NCBI GenBank assembly: GCA_030606485.1
Contig: JAUWGH010000008.1
Coordinates: forward strand, 120,001-152,000
Direction: 5' to 3'
Length of the DNA stretch: 32,000 nucleotides
DNA from: Promethearchaeota archaeon
GTDB lineage: Archaea > Asgardarchaeota > Lokiarchaeia > Sigyniarchaeales > SOKP01
Below, in pieces: positions 6,123 to 16,304 of this stretch. Within the stretch, counting starts at the first letter, position 1. Each line of letters starts with the position of its first letter. Under the pieces are notes generated by a model that was not told the origin of the DNA, did not search any database, and saw only the letters and a program-made list of their open reading frames with translations. The position numbers and the translations under genes are program-made.

Positions 6123-7796
6123 TTAAATAGCAATTGGGGGCTCCCAGATTCCCCAAACTTCGCGATAAACATCGCATATTTCACCAACTGTTGCTCCTTC
6201 TTTTGTTATTTCCATCATAATGGGCATTACATTCTCTTCTTTTTCACATACTTTTCGTAATTTATCAAAAAGTGTTTCTAATTTTTTGTTATCTCTTCGC
6301 TTTCGCAAATTAATAATCCTTTCTTGTTCAATTTTTACTGCTTCTTTATTAGTTCTAAATACAGTTGTTGTTTGATCATAAGGAACTGGAAATTTATTGA
6401 CTCCAAGCACGATTTCTTCTCCTTTTTCAATACGATTTTGCCTACGCATAAAAGCATCTCTCATTTCCTTATATAACCAGCCTGTATCTAATGCTCTAGC
6501 AATATTTCCAACCTTTTCGATTTTATCTATATAAGACAACACTTTTTCTTCGAGCTCATCAGTTAGCCACTCAATAAAATAAGAACCCGCTAATGGATCA
6601 ATAGTATTTGGAACTCTTGTTTCATCTTGTATTACTTGTTGTGTTCTTAAAGCAAGTAAGACAGCTTCTTCAGAAGGCAAGCAAATTGCTTCATCATAAG
6701 AATTTGTGTGGAGTGATTGTACTCCGCCTAATGCTGCTTCTAAAGCTTGAATTGTTGTTCTTATTATATTTACATTAGGAGATTGAGCAGTTAAGGAGCT
6801 TCCAGCAGTTTGAACATGAAACCTAAATTCCATAGATCTTGGATTTTTTGCTTCGTATCTATCTTTTATTAATTTACTCCAAATCCTTCTTGCTGCCCTA
6901 TATTTAGCTATTTCTTCAAAGAAATCCTTATGAGCTGAGAGATGAAATGCAAGACGACTAACAAAATCATCAACTTTCCAACCTCTGTCAATTAAATTAT
7001 CAATATGAGAACATGCACTTGCAAATACAAATCCTAATTCTTGAATTGCATCAATTCCACCTTCCCTATAATTATATCCCGTAAAATTGATAGGATGCCA
7101 CCTTGGGACATTTTTTTGTGGTACACACCACTCAATTAAATCACAAGCTAATCGAAGAATATGATAAGGATTTACATTTTTATAAGGAACATATCCAACC
7201 GTCATTGTTAAGATATCATTTTGTGTTGTTCCCATCAATGCTTTAATATCAAGTCCACGCATTTTCGCCATATTATAATACATCGCACATACAGGTGCTG
7301 AAGTAAAAGGCTCAACTATTAATGCAACACTAACTTTATCTATTGGTAATCCTTCTGTAAGGGCAAACATACTGTCAATACAATATAATGGGACTCCTGA
7401 TGTTCCAACTTCAGCATCTCCGTCAGGATTAGTTGGATCTATACCATTAAATGTTAAAGCATCAACAGCTGCACTAAATCCAGTTTCTCCATGAGAATAT
7501 AAAAACTTCCATCTTTTATTAGTCTCTTCAGGTGTCCCATGCCCTGAAAACAGTCTCATAGTCCATAATTGTCCCCTATACATGTTTGGATATACTCCTC
7601 TGGTATAAGGAGTGTTCCCAGGAAAACCCACATCCTCTAAATAATTGCTCTTTACGTCTAATGGAGTGTATAAATTTTTTATTGGAATTCCTGAATCCGT
7701 AATAAATTTTATTTCGCGTTCTTTTGTATTTTCAAATTTTTTATCCCATTCTTGCTTCTTTTCTTTAATTTTTTCAAGGTAATTCTCATCAAACAT
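6123..7796 (-). CDS. Adenosylcobalamin-dependent acyl-CoA mutase, large (substrate-binding) subunit, methylmalonyl-CoA mutase family; substrate uncertain
   Basis: 'GFPG..PYTRGVYP.MYRG.LWTMR', 'QNDIL', 'RLAFHL..H.DFFEEIAKYRAARRIW', 'FHVQTAGSSLTAQ', 'GGVQSLHTNSYDEA..LPSE', 'DPLAGSYFIE', 'GVNKF', 'ATVGEI'. Confidence 0.95.
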   Translation of the reverse strand: MFDENYLEKIKEKKQEWDKKFENTKEREIKFITDSGIPIKNLYTPLDVKSNYLEDVGFPGNTPYTRGVYPNMYRGQLWTMRLFSGHGTPEETNKRWKFLYSHGETGFSAAVDALTFNGIDPTNPDGDAEVGTSGVPLYCIDSMFALTEGLPIDKVSVALIVEPFTSAPVCAMYYNMAKMRGLDIKALMGTTQNDILTMTVGYVPYKNVNPYHILRLACDLIEWCVPQKNVPRWHPINFTGYNYREGGIDAIQELGFVFASACSHIDNLIDRGWKVDDFVSRLAFHLSAHKDFFEEIAKYRAARRIWSKLIKDRYEAKNPRSMEFRFHVQTAGSSLTAQSPNVNIIRTTIQALEAALGGVQSLHTNSYDEAICLPSEEAVLLALRTQQVIQDETRVPNTIDPLAGSYFIEWLTDELEEKVLSYIDKIEKVGNIARALDTGWLYKEMRDAFMRRQNRIEKGEEIVLGVNKFPVPYDQTTTVFRTNKEAVKIEQERIINLRKRRDNKKLETLFDKLRKVCEKEENVMPIMMEITKEGATVGEICDVYREVWGIWEPPIAI

Positions 7797-8022
7797 TAAA
7801 TAATCACGAAATTTTATTATAAATTAATATTTATCTAACTAAATATAATTATAATAAACAACTAAAAAATTTAATCTTTTAAAATAGATATTTTTTTAAT
7901 AAGATTTTAAATTATGTGCGATAAATCCCTCTGGATAAAGATATAAGAACACTTTTATTTCATAGATTCACATGGATTCAAACAATTAAAACGTCTGGAA
8001 ATCTGATAATTCTTTTTTCTCT

Positions 8023-8664
8023 TTAACTAACCAATTCTAAGGCTTTTTTTGCAGCTTCTGGTGCAGTGCGAGCCCAACCATCTGCTCCATACAACTTAGC
8101 GACTTCTTCAGTCACTGGACCTCCTCCAACCATGATTTTTATATCTAGGTTCTGTTTATGGACATCTTCGATTACTTTTTTCATTTTTACCATTGTAGAG
8201 GTCATTAATGCGGACATGGCAAGGATATCTGCATTAGTTTTTTTTACCTCCTCAATAAACCGTCCTAATTTTACATCATACCCCAAATCATGAACTACAA
8301 ACCCTTGTGCTATCAACAAATACTTGACAAATTCTTTGCCCAAATCATGAATATCTCCTTCCATTACGCCTAGAACAACAACTCCCTTCTTTTTTTCTGC
8401 TTTTTCTTTGATTAATTGAGGTTTTAAAATGTTTAACCCCTCATTGAATGCATCTGCACTAGCCATTAATTCAGGTGCAAAGATTTCTTTTTCATAGAGA
8501 TCTCCTAATTCTATAAACCCTCTAGCTAGACCTTCATTTAACACTATTTGCGCATCTATTCCTTCTTTTAAAGCGTCTTTAGTGATTTCTATAACAGCTT
8601 CAATATCATAATTTTTTACGCTCTCTCTGAGCTTTTTTAAAATTTCTTCTTTTTTATTTTCCAT
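8023..8664 (-). CDS. Methyltransferase cognate corrinoid protein (MtaC/MtbC/MttC-like)
   Basis: N-terminal four-helix cap plus 'GVMEGDIHDLGK' (DxHxxG), 'SALMTSTM', 'MVGGGPV...YGADGW'; AGGAGG SD upstream. Confidence 0.92.
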   Translation of the reverse strand: MENKKEEILKKLRESVKNYDIEAVIEITKDALKEGIDAQIVLNEGLARGFIELGDLYEKEIFAPELMASADAFNEGLNILKPQLIKEKAEKKKGVVVLGVMEGDIHDLGKEFVKYLLIAQGFVVHDLGYDVKLGRFIEEVKKTNADILAMSALMTSTMVKMKKVIEDVHKQNLDIKIMVGGGPVTEEVAKLYGADGWARTAPEAAKKALELVS

Positions 8665-8680
8665 TTTAAATCCCTCCTAA

Positions 8681-9772
8681 TTATTCATATTTTCCGTAGA
8701 TCTCAGCTGCCTTAACCATGGCTATAGCATTGTACAATGAAGCATACGGAGGATATTCACATGCTGAACCAAGGATATACCCTCGCTTCCAATTTCTAAA
8801 AACTTCAATCTCTCTTTTGCATTCTGCTATCACTTCACTAGGTGTTCCAAGAGCAAGAAGTGATGTATCCACATAGCCTATAAAAATAACTTTTTCACTA
8901 TATTTTTCTATCATCTCTTCCTCGGTTTCACAGTCATATGGCAAATAAGCAAAGTTCATGCCGATTGGTTTTAACCATTTGATCAAAAGATCGAAGTATG
9001 CTCCACGTCCGCAATTATGGGTTAAAAACATGGCTCCTTTCTTTTTCGCAGCATCAACTATCCTCTTTTGATAAGGGGCATCTAGCTCTTCCCACATTTC
9101 CCTACTCATAATATCTTTTTGAGCACAAACAGTTGGTATCATAAGCATTGAAGGACCTCCACCTGCTGCTTCAATTTGCTTTTCTACATATTCAACTAAT
9201 ATATCTGTGATAAAATCCAAAGCTTCATGAAGTTCTTCTTTATGCCAAATCCAATCCCGAATTAGGTCTTGTGGCCTTCGAAGTCGAACTAGAACGCCCA
9301 TTGGACCAATAGTTATAGCCCCTCCCATGCCCACGATGTCACTTAATTTCTTAATTCCGTGTATCACATCATTCATCCTTTTTGCTTTCTCCCAACTAAA
9401 TTTTTTTACAATCTTATAATCTTTTGGATCTTTAATAAGCCACTTGGTAGGATCAGGGTAGGGTGTATCATCTTCAGGAAAAATAGTAGCTCCACCAAAA
9501 TCAGTTGATTCTACACAGAGGTCAGGCCCTAAAGATGAAGGAAGCGCATCATGGCCAACTATCTTCATAGCCTCTAGATGACATTTTATTGCCACATCTG
9601 AATTTTGAGCATATTCTCGATAGGAAATACCAAGAAGATGACGAGAAGCAGCACCAATTAACGGAATTGCTGGTACTCTGTCGATCTTTCGTTTCATGAA
9701 AAGCCCTAGCAATCTTTCAGTAATTTCCGCAATTTTCTCTTTTATAAATTTATTTTCATTTTCGGATTTCAT
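8681..9772 (-). CDS. Uroporphyrinogen decarboxylase-fold methylcobamide:thiol methyltransferase (MtaA/MtbA/CmuA family)
   Basis: 'DRVPAIP', 'DLCVESTDFG', Zn-ligand motif 'THNCG' and C-terminal 'GSACEYP'; adjacent to the corrinoid protein. Confidence 0.8.
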   Translation of the reverse strand: MKSENENKFIKEKIAEITERLLGLFMKRKIDRVPAIPLIGAASRHLLGISYREYAQNSDVAIKCHLEAMKIVGHDALPSSLGPDLCVESTDFGGATIFPEDDTPYPDPTKWLIKDPKDYKIVKKFSWEKAKRMNDVIHGIKKLSDIVGMGGAITIGPMGVLVRLRRPQDLIRDWIWHKEELHEALDFITDILVEYVEKQIEAAGGGPSMLMIPTVCAQKDIMSREMWEELDAPYQKRIVDAAKKKGAMFLTHNCGRGAYFDLLIKWLKPIGMNFAYLPYDCETEEEMIEKYSEKVIFIGYVDTSLLALGTPSEVIAECKREIEVFRNWKRGYILGSACEYPPYASLYNAIAMVKAAEIYGKYE

Positions 9773-9976
9773 AAGTTTCTTTTATTATTTTTATTTAAAT
9801 ATATTTCGTATAAGAGAACTTGCCTGATCATTTTTCCTAATGAGATCGATTTTTTCTTAAAATTTTGTATTTTTTAATATTATTTTATTATAAACCGTAT
9901 TAAATCCCAGTTCAATTTCTAATCTCTTTAAAAAATGTCTTAATAACTAACAAAAGGTCGAGTCGTATCTGAATTT

Positions 9977-10816
9977 TTACGATCTAGAGATGTAATATCT
10001 AAATTTATTATCATCAATCTGCCATGCATAAAAAAAATCAAAAGCTTTCTTGGTATCCCATAGATTCTTTATATTTTTAATACCATTGTAAAGATCCGTT
10101 AAAAGTGTCTTATCACATGGATATTTTCTATGTGATGGATAGAGTTCAAGATCTTTTTGTTTTTCACATAATTCTATCAATTTAGAAAGAGTTATGAGAA
10201 CTTTTGGAAAGGATTTTCTTTTAGGTAAAAATTGATCTCCATAATAAGCTACATCACTCGTAAAAAGTTCGCCTGTGCTTATAAGCAAACATATAGAACC
10301 GGGAGAATGCCCGGGAGTATGAATTATTCTAACACTTATTCCTCCTAAGTCAAAGATATCACCATCTCTTAATGTATTAATAACTTCTGCTGGCGGAATT
10401 GAAAAGTCTTTTTCCTCATACTTTCTTACAATTTCGCATGGAGAATCTTTTAAAAACGATAAATCATAAGGTTTCGAAATAATATATGCTTCGTTTTCAT
10501 GAATATATACTTCTCCGAATTCCTCATTTCCTAAAATATGATCCCAATGGGCATGAGTATTGAAAACCAATAAATTTCTTTCACCTATCAGTTCATCTAC
10601 GACCGGTTTTAGAGGATATAATCCACATCCTGTATCAAGTAAAAGAGCAGTATGAGTTCCTAAAAGTAAGTACATATTAAGAGGATCATTTCTATAAGCT
10701 GGATGAACAACAGAGATATTTTCTTTAATTACATATAGATAATCTTTATGTTTCGAAACCTTAAAATGCTGTTTATCATCACTCATAATTAATGAATTAT
10801 GGAATTTTCTGACCAT
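9977..10816 (-). CDS. Metallo-beta-lactamase-fold hydrolase
   Basis: 'LLDTG', 'THAHWDH' (HxHxDH), 'HTPGHSPGS', 'SDVAY', 'PSH'. Confidence 0.9.
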   Translation of the reverse strand: MVRKFHNSLIMSDDKQHFKVSKHKDYLYVIKENISVVHPAYRNDPLNMYLLLGTHTALLLDTGCGLYPLKPVVDELIGERNLLVFNTHAHWDHILGNEEFGEVYIHENEAYIISKPYDLSFLKDSPCEIVRKYEEKDFSIPPAEVINTLRDGDIFDLGGISVRIIHTPGHSPGSICLLISTGELFTSDVAYYGDQFLPKRKSFPKVLITLSKLIELCEKQKDLELYPSHRKYPCDKTLLTDLYNGIKNIKNLWDTKKAFDFFYAWQIDDNKFRYYISRS

Positions 10817-10932
10817 ATAAGTTTAGTCTTAAAAACCAACCTATTAAATTTAATTAGAATTATTTATTAAATTATTTAATTGTTTAAACTAGTATAAATT
10901 ATAAGAATTATTAAAAATACAATAAAAAATAG

Positions 10933-12096
10933 ATGATTATTATGGATTTTTCACTAACTGAAAAACAAAAAATGATTCAAAAAACAACACGTGAATTTGC
11001 GGAAAAATATATCGCACCTATCACAGAAGAAAGTGATCAAAAACAAGAATTAAATCAAGATGTTTTCGAAAAGATGAAAGAAATGAATTTTTTTGGTACT
11101 TGTATTCCAAAAGAATATGGGGGAGCAGGATTACATGATGATACATTGAGTTTTTGTATTATAACAGAAGAAATCGGACGTGTCGATGCTTCTTGGTCAA
11201 TAACTACTGGAGTCCACTGTAGCGTGGTTGCATCTCCAATATATAGATTTGGAACTGAAGAACAAAAACAAAAATTTTTAATTCCACTTGCAAAAGGCGA
11301 AAAATTAGGAACATTTGCTTTGACTGAAGCTAATGCTGGTTCAGATGCAGGAGGAGTTCAATTGAGCGCAGTATTAGATGGAGATGAATGGATTTTAAAT
11401 GGTAGCAAAATTTTTAATACAAATGGTGGAATAGCAAAAATATTGCTCGTTGTTGCAAAGACAGGCGAAGAAAGTGCAAGAAAGGCTCTAACAATTTTTA
11501 TAGTCGATACAGTTACTCCAGGTTATTCAGTAGGTGTAAAAGAAGATAAATTAGGAGTTCGCGCTTCAAATACTTCCGAACTTGTATTTCAAGATGTTCG
11601 AGTGCCTCAAGAAAATATATTAGGTAAAATTGGGGATGGTTTTCGGCTCGCTTTAAAAATATTGGATTTTGGACGGATATCTATTGCAGCGCAATGTGTT
11701 GGATTAGGACAAGCATCATTAGAAGCAGCAGTTAAATACGCAAATGAAAGGGAACAATTTGGACAGAAAATAGGGCGGTTTCAAGGTATCCAATGGAAAA
11801 TTACTGATATGGCATGCGCTGTCGAATCTGGTAGATTATTAACATATAAAGCTGCCTATATGTGTGATAAAGGATTGGATTATGGTTTGGCTAGCTCAAT
11901 GGCAAAACTTGTCGCATCTGAAGCAGCAATGCAAGCAGCTCATGATGCTTGTCAAATACATGGTGGATATGGTTTGATGAAGGCGTATCCTGTAGAGAGA
12001 TATTTTAGAGACGCAAAAATGGGTGAAATATATGAAGGAACTTCTGAAATTCAACGTTTAGTAATTGCTAACCATTTATTAAGGAAAGGATTTTAA
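10933..12096 (+). CDS. Acyl-CoA dehydrogenase (butyryl/short-branched-chain type)
   Basis: 'FALTEANAGSDA', 'NGSKIFNTNG', 'KLGVRASNT', 'GRISIAAQ', 'REQFGQKI..FQGIQWK', 'QIHGGYG', 'IYEGTSEIQR'. Start is 10933 or 10942. Confidence 0.95.
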   Translation: MIIMDFSLTEKQKMIQKTTREFAEKYIAPITEESDQKQELNQDVFEKMKEMNFFGTCIPKEYGGAGLHDDTLSFCIITEEIGRVDASWSITTGVHCSVVASPIYRFGTEEQKQKFLIPLAKGEKLGTFALTEANAGSDAGGVQLSAVLDGDEWILNGSKIFNTNGGIAKILLVVAKTGEESARKALTIFIVDTVTPGYSVGVKEDKLGVRASNTSELVFQDVRVPQENILGKIGDGFRLALKILDFGRISIAAQCVGLGQASLEAAVKYANEREQFGQKIGRFQGIQWKITDMACAVESGRLLTYKAAYMCDKGLDYGLASSMAKLVASEAAMQAAHDACQIHGGYGLMKAYPVERYFRDAKMGEIYEGTSEIQRLVIANHLLRKGF

Positions 12097-12427
12097 AGAC
12101 GAGGATCTTATAAATTGGAAATATTAATTTGTTATGAACTTAACTAGGTTTATCTTATTTTTATCTTTTTTTTTGTAAATTTTGAGTCAAAATATAAGAA
12201 TTATTAGAAAATTGCCCAAAAAAATCCCACTTTATTAAAAATGATATAAGCGCCATTTGGTATAGAACATAGCTATTTTTACCATCAAATTTCATTATTT
12301 CAAATTTTTTTTATTGTTATTACGACTTTGTTAAATTTCATAAAGTATTAGAATCATATTTTTAAGATTACTAATATTACAAGAATAATAATAATAGTAA
12401 AATGTTTTTATGTGAAGACGTGTTTAA

Positions 12428-13234
12428 ATGAAAATTTTCGTTTGTATAAAGCAAGTACCTGGAGTTTCTGAGGTAAAAATTGACCCAAAAACAAACACCC
12501 TTGTTAGAGAAGGAATACCATCAATTATAAATCCTTACGATAAAAATGCCATTGAATTAGCCTTGTCAATAAAGGAAAAACATGGAGCTGAAATCACGGC
12601 AATTTCAATGGGTCCACCTCAAGCTGAAGAAGTTTTGCGTGAAGCTCTAGCGATGGGTGTAGATAAAGCCTTCTTATTAACCGATAAAGCTTTTGCCGGT
12701 GCAGACACGTTGGCTACATCTCATACTTTATCACTTGCGATTAAAAAAATATTAGAAGAGTTGAAAAAAGATGAAAAATACATCGTTATCTGTGGATCTC
12801 AAGCTATTGATGGAGATACAGGCCAAGTAGGACCTGAATTAGCAGAAGAATTAAATATACCCCAAATAACATATGTGCAAAAATTCCAAATTAAAGGAGA
12901 TAAAGTAATTGTTGAAAGAGTATTCAGAACAGAAGAAGTTGTTGTAATAGAAACTAATTTTCCAGTATTAATTTCAGTTTTAAGCGAAATAAATATACCC
13001 CGAAATCCAACTATGTCTGGAATTGTGGATGCGTATCAAAAAAAAGAAATTCATTATTTAGATGCAGAAAGGTTGAAAGCAGATAAAGCAAAAATAGGGT
13101 TAGATGGTTCTATGACGCAAGTTTGGAAAATATTTATTCCAGAAAGAAAAGGAGAACACATCATATTAACTGGTACAATAGAAGAAATGGTCCAAAATTT
13201 ATGTGAAAATTTAAAGGAAGATAAAATCTTTTGA
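12428..13234 (+). CDS. etfB: Electron transfer flavoprotein beta subunit
   Basis: 'VCIKQVP', 'NPYDKNAIE', 'SMGPPQA', 'FAGADTLATS', 'GSQAIDGDTGQVGP'. Confidence 0.95.
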   Translation: MKIFVCIKQVPGVSEVKIDPKTNTLVREGIPSIINPYDKNAIELALSIKEKHGAEITAISMGPPQAEEVLREALAMGVDKAFLLTDKAFAGADTLATSHTLSLAIKKILEELKKDEKYIVICGSQAIDGDTGQVGPELAEELNIPQITYVQKFQIKGDKVIVERVFRTEEVVVIETNFPVLISVLSEINIPRNPTMSGIVDAYQKKEIHYLDAERLKADKAKIGLDGSMTQVWKIFIPERKGEHIILTGTIEEMVQNLCENLKEDKIF

Positions 13235-13247
13235 ATGGAGGGATAAA

Positions 13248-14453
13248 ATGAGCATAAAAGTAGATAGGGACCTTTGTACCGGCTGCGGAAGTTGTGTTGA
13301 TGTGTGTCTATATAGTGGGATCGAAATGATAGACGATAAAGCTCAGATAACAGATGGTTGCAATTTATGTGGAGCTTGTGTTGATGTATGTCCCGTTGAA
13401 GCAATAATTTTAGAACGAGAAGAATTAAAAGTTGAAAAAATGGATATAACTCAATATAGGGGAGTATGGGTTATAGCAGAACATTATAAAAATAAAATCC
13501 ATAATGTTGCATTTCAATTATTGGGAAAAGGACGGGAACTAGCTGATATATTAGAAGTAAATTTATCCCTTGTTATATTAGGGGGTAATTTCGATGATAA
13601 TTTAGATGAATTTAGTCAATATGGAGCAGATGAAATTATTTACATTAAATCACCAATCTTGAAAGATTATTATTCAGATTTATATGTAAAAACTTTAACT
13701 GAATTAATTATTGATCATAAACCAGAGATTATATTAATCGGTGCAACACCTACGGGAAGGGATTTCGCACCAAGAGTAGCAAAAAGGGTTAATGCTGGGC
13801 TTACCGCAGACTGTACTGGATTAGTCATTGACCTTGAAAGTAGGAATTTATTACAAACACGCCCTACATTTGGTGGAAATATAATGGCAACAATTAAAAC
13901 TCCCACCAGCAGACCACAAATGGCTACAGTTAGACCCGGTATATTTAAACCACTTAAGAAAAGTAAGAGAAAGGTAATAATAAAAAAAATGGATTATGAC
14001 TATAATCAAAAAGATTCCGTTTCAAAAATTGTAAAAATTATTAATAGAGAAAAAAAGAAGATAAATCTTGAAGAAGCGGAAATAATAATTACGGGAGGAA
14101 GAGGAGTTGGCTCAAAAGAAAATTTTAAACTTATTGAACAACTAGCAGATTCTCTAAATGCTGAAATAGGAGGATCAAGAGTTGCAGTTGAATTAAATTG
14201 GATTGAACAAGATCGTCAAGTTGGACAAACTGGCAAAACAGTTTCGCCAAAATTATATATTGCATGTGGAATTTCGGGTGCAATACAACATATAGTGGGT
14301 ATACAAGGCGCAGAGATTATAGTAGCAATTAATAAAGACCCGAAAGCACCAATTTTTAAATTAGCTCATTACGGAATTGTTGGAGACCTTCAAAAAGTTA
14401 TTCCAGAACTAATTAAGAAAATAAAAAAAATAAGAACTGAAAAAGAAATTTAA
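13248..14453 (+). CDS. etfA: Electron transfer flavoprotein alpha subunit with N-terminal 2x[4Fe-4S] ferredoxin domain
   Basis: CTGCGSCVDVC and CNLCGACVDVCP, followed by 'GLTADCT', 'RPTFGGN', 'QVGQTGKTV.PKLYIACGISGAIQH', 'AINKD'. Confidence 0.95.
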   Translation: MSIKVDRDLCTGCGSCVDVCLYSGIEMIDDKAQITDGCNLCGACVDVCPVEAIILEREELKVEKMDITQYRGVWVIAEHYKNKIHNVAFQLLGKGRELADILEVNLSLVILGGNFDDNLDEFSQYGADEIIYIKSPILKDYYSDLYVKTLTELIIDHKPEIILIGATPTGRDFAPRVAKRVNAGLTADCTGLVIDLESRNLLQTRPTFGGNIMATIKTPTSRPQMATVRPGIFKPLKKSKRKVIIKKMDYDYNQKDSVSKIVKIINREKKKINLEEAEIIITGGRGVGSKENFKLIEQLADSLNAEIGGSRVAVELNWIEQDRQVGQTGKTVSPKLYIACGISGAIQHIVGIQGAEIIVAINKDPKAPIFKLAHYGIVGDLQKVIPELIKKIKKIRTEKEI

Positions 14454-14505
14454 GAAAAAATGTTTTATCGTTTAAATAAATCTAATTTTTTGTATATAAT
14501 TTTTA

Positions 14506-14988
14506 ATGAGATTATTATTTAGATTATTTAATCACATATTTGAATTGAAGCAAATGAAATTCTTTAGAAACGAGAAAAGTTTTTTTAAAAAGTATTGTAT
14601 TTTAATCCTAATATTAAATTTTGTAGTTTTGGGTATTTCCTTAATTTTATACCCATTATTATTAATCGGGATAATAGTTCCAATTTTTGGAAACATTTTT
14701 GGAGTCTTATTTTTATGCAATATATTTGCAAATTTACTATTTATGCAAATAAATTCTAAATTTTTAATTAAAACTAGTGATAAGGGTAAAATTATAAATC
14801 GAGTAACATATTGCTATCTTTTTTTTTTAATATTCGGAGTTTTGCCACTATTTTCTATTTCAGAACCAATAGTAATTCAAAATTATATTATTTCTCTAAT
14901 TATATATCTATTTCCTATTGTTATTAGCTATTATGAACTTATAATAATTGATAAAAAAGAGGGGATCTTTAAATGGGAGATAATATAA
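14506..14988 (+). CDS. Hypothetical multi-pass membrane protein
   Basis: 160-aa ORF with about 4 hydrophobic segments; overlaps the next gene by 16 nt; no recognised motif. Confidence 0.5.
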   Translation: MRLLFRLFNHIFELKQMKFFRNEKSFFKKYCILILILNFVVLGISLILYPLLLIGIIVPIFGNIFGVLFLCNIFANLLFMQINSKFLIKTSDKGKIINRVTYCYLFFLIFGVLPLFSISEPIVIQNYIISLIIYLFPIVISYYELIIIDKKEGIFKWEII

Positions 14989-16304
14989 AATTATTGAAAG
15001 TCTCATTAATTGTAATTTTTATTTGGACTTTTATTGGTGGGTTTATTTTTTCCTATATACTATTTACTGGAGGTCCAGATCCCTTAGGGATATTAATTGG
15101 TTTTGCAAATGCAATTTTATCTCCTCATTTAATTATATTATATCCAATAATTACAGTATTTTTCTCAAAATTAATTCCTAAAGAAAAGCACAAGATTATT
15201 TACTCTCTTATCATAATTATTGGATTATCTCTAAGCATAATTTATGCAATTCCATTATTCATGGTGCCAATTTCGATTCAACAGACAAATTCACAATTCT
15301 ATTCTAATTATGGTACAAATTGGAATACTTTCCCAGCACAAGTCCAAAATAATTTTTATACAACACCTTTTGAATTATATCTGTTATATTATGGTATTCC
15401 TGATTCAAATGAGCACATGTTTGGCGTTCAAAAAGATATAATTTTTGTGAATGAAACTGATTACCAATTATATTTTGACGTATATTGTTCAAAAGAATCA
15501 GGATTTGTTAATAATGCAACAATTATTTATATTCATGGAGGTGCATGGACTGGCGGTGAGAAAGAACAACAAGCAAGCACATTGGAGTATTTTGCCTCTC
15601 AAGGTTATATTGTATTTGCTATTGAATATAGACTATTGAATGCAAGTTTATTAGAAGGAAATTCAGATTCAGAGATAATAAGTGACCTTTTTAACTTACC
15701 AACGACAGGACTTGAATATCGCACTGGAAATTATACTTTAGCGGACCAAATTATTGATATTGGAACTTTTACAAAATTTATTGCAAATGACTCAAACAAT
15801 ATCTATGGTGCCAACTTAAATCGAGTCTTTTTTATGGGTGGAAGTGCTGGAGCACATTTGGCAGGAGTTTGTGGATTTGGTTATAAGAATGAATATTTTA
15901 CTGGAATTTTTAGTAGTGATTTACAAATAAACGGTGTAGTATTATATTATCCCCCTAATAACGCTTCAGAATTCTTTTATTATGTCCATAAAATGTATTA
16001 TGAGATAAATCAATTTATTCCAGGTACACCTGAAACTAACCCAGAGGCATATTTACATTACAGTCCAAGTTATTTAATTAATGAGAACTCGCCGCCATGC
16101 ATTCTTTTACATGGAACTTCAGACACAATGGTTCCCTATAAGGAAAGTATAACCATTCAATTAAAAATGCAGCAAAATAATCGTATATGTATATTGATTC
16201 CTGGTTATTTTGGAGGACATGGACATATATTGGGAATTCAGCATAATATTATAACTACTTATTATATTGAGAGATTTTTATATCACAATACTATGCATAA
16301 TTAA
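14973..16304 (+). CDS. Membrane-anchored alpha/beta hydrolase (esterase/lipase, BD-FAE-like)
   Basis: Three N-terminal TM helices; 'IHGGAW' oxyanion motif, 'GGSAG' nucleophile, 'HGTSDTMVP' and 'GGHGH'; GAGGGG SD upstream. Confidence 0.88.
   Translation: MGDNIKLLKVSLIVIFIWTFIGGFIFSYILFTGGPDPLGILIGFANAILSPHLIILYPIITVFFSKLIPKEKHKIIYSLIIIIGLSLSIIYAIPLFMVPISIQQTNSQFYSNYGTNWNTFPAQVQNNFYTTPFELYLLYYGIPDSNEHMFGVQKDIIFVNETDYQLYFDVYCSKESGFVNNATIIYIHGGAWTGGEKEQQASTLEYFASQGYIVFAIEYRLLNASLLEGNSDSEIISDLFNLPTTGLEYRTGNYTLADQIIDIGTFTKFIANDSNNIYGANLNRVFFMGGSAGAHLAGVCGFGYKNEYFTGIFSSDLQINGVVLYYPPNNASEFFYYVHKMYYEINQFIPGTPETNPEAYLHYSPSYLINENSPPCILLHGTSDTMVPYKESITIQLKMQQNNRICILIPGYFGGHGHILGIQHNIITTYYIERFLYHNTMHN

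Noticed and set aside
7797-8022. Possible cobalamin riboswitch upstream of the mutase operon
   Set aside because: The region is very AT-rich, and I found no B12-box or GGGAA/GCCACUG-type conserved elements on the minus strand.
8023-9772. Pyrrolysine/selenocysteine read-through in the methyltransferase genes
   Set aside because: Both ORFs are full length with no in-frame UAG/UGA that needs recoding.
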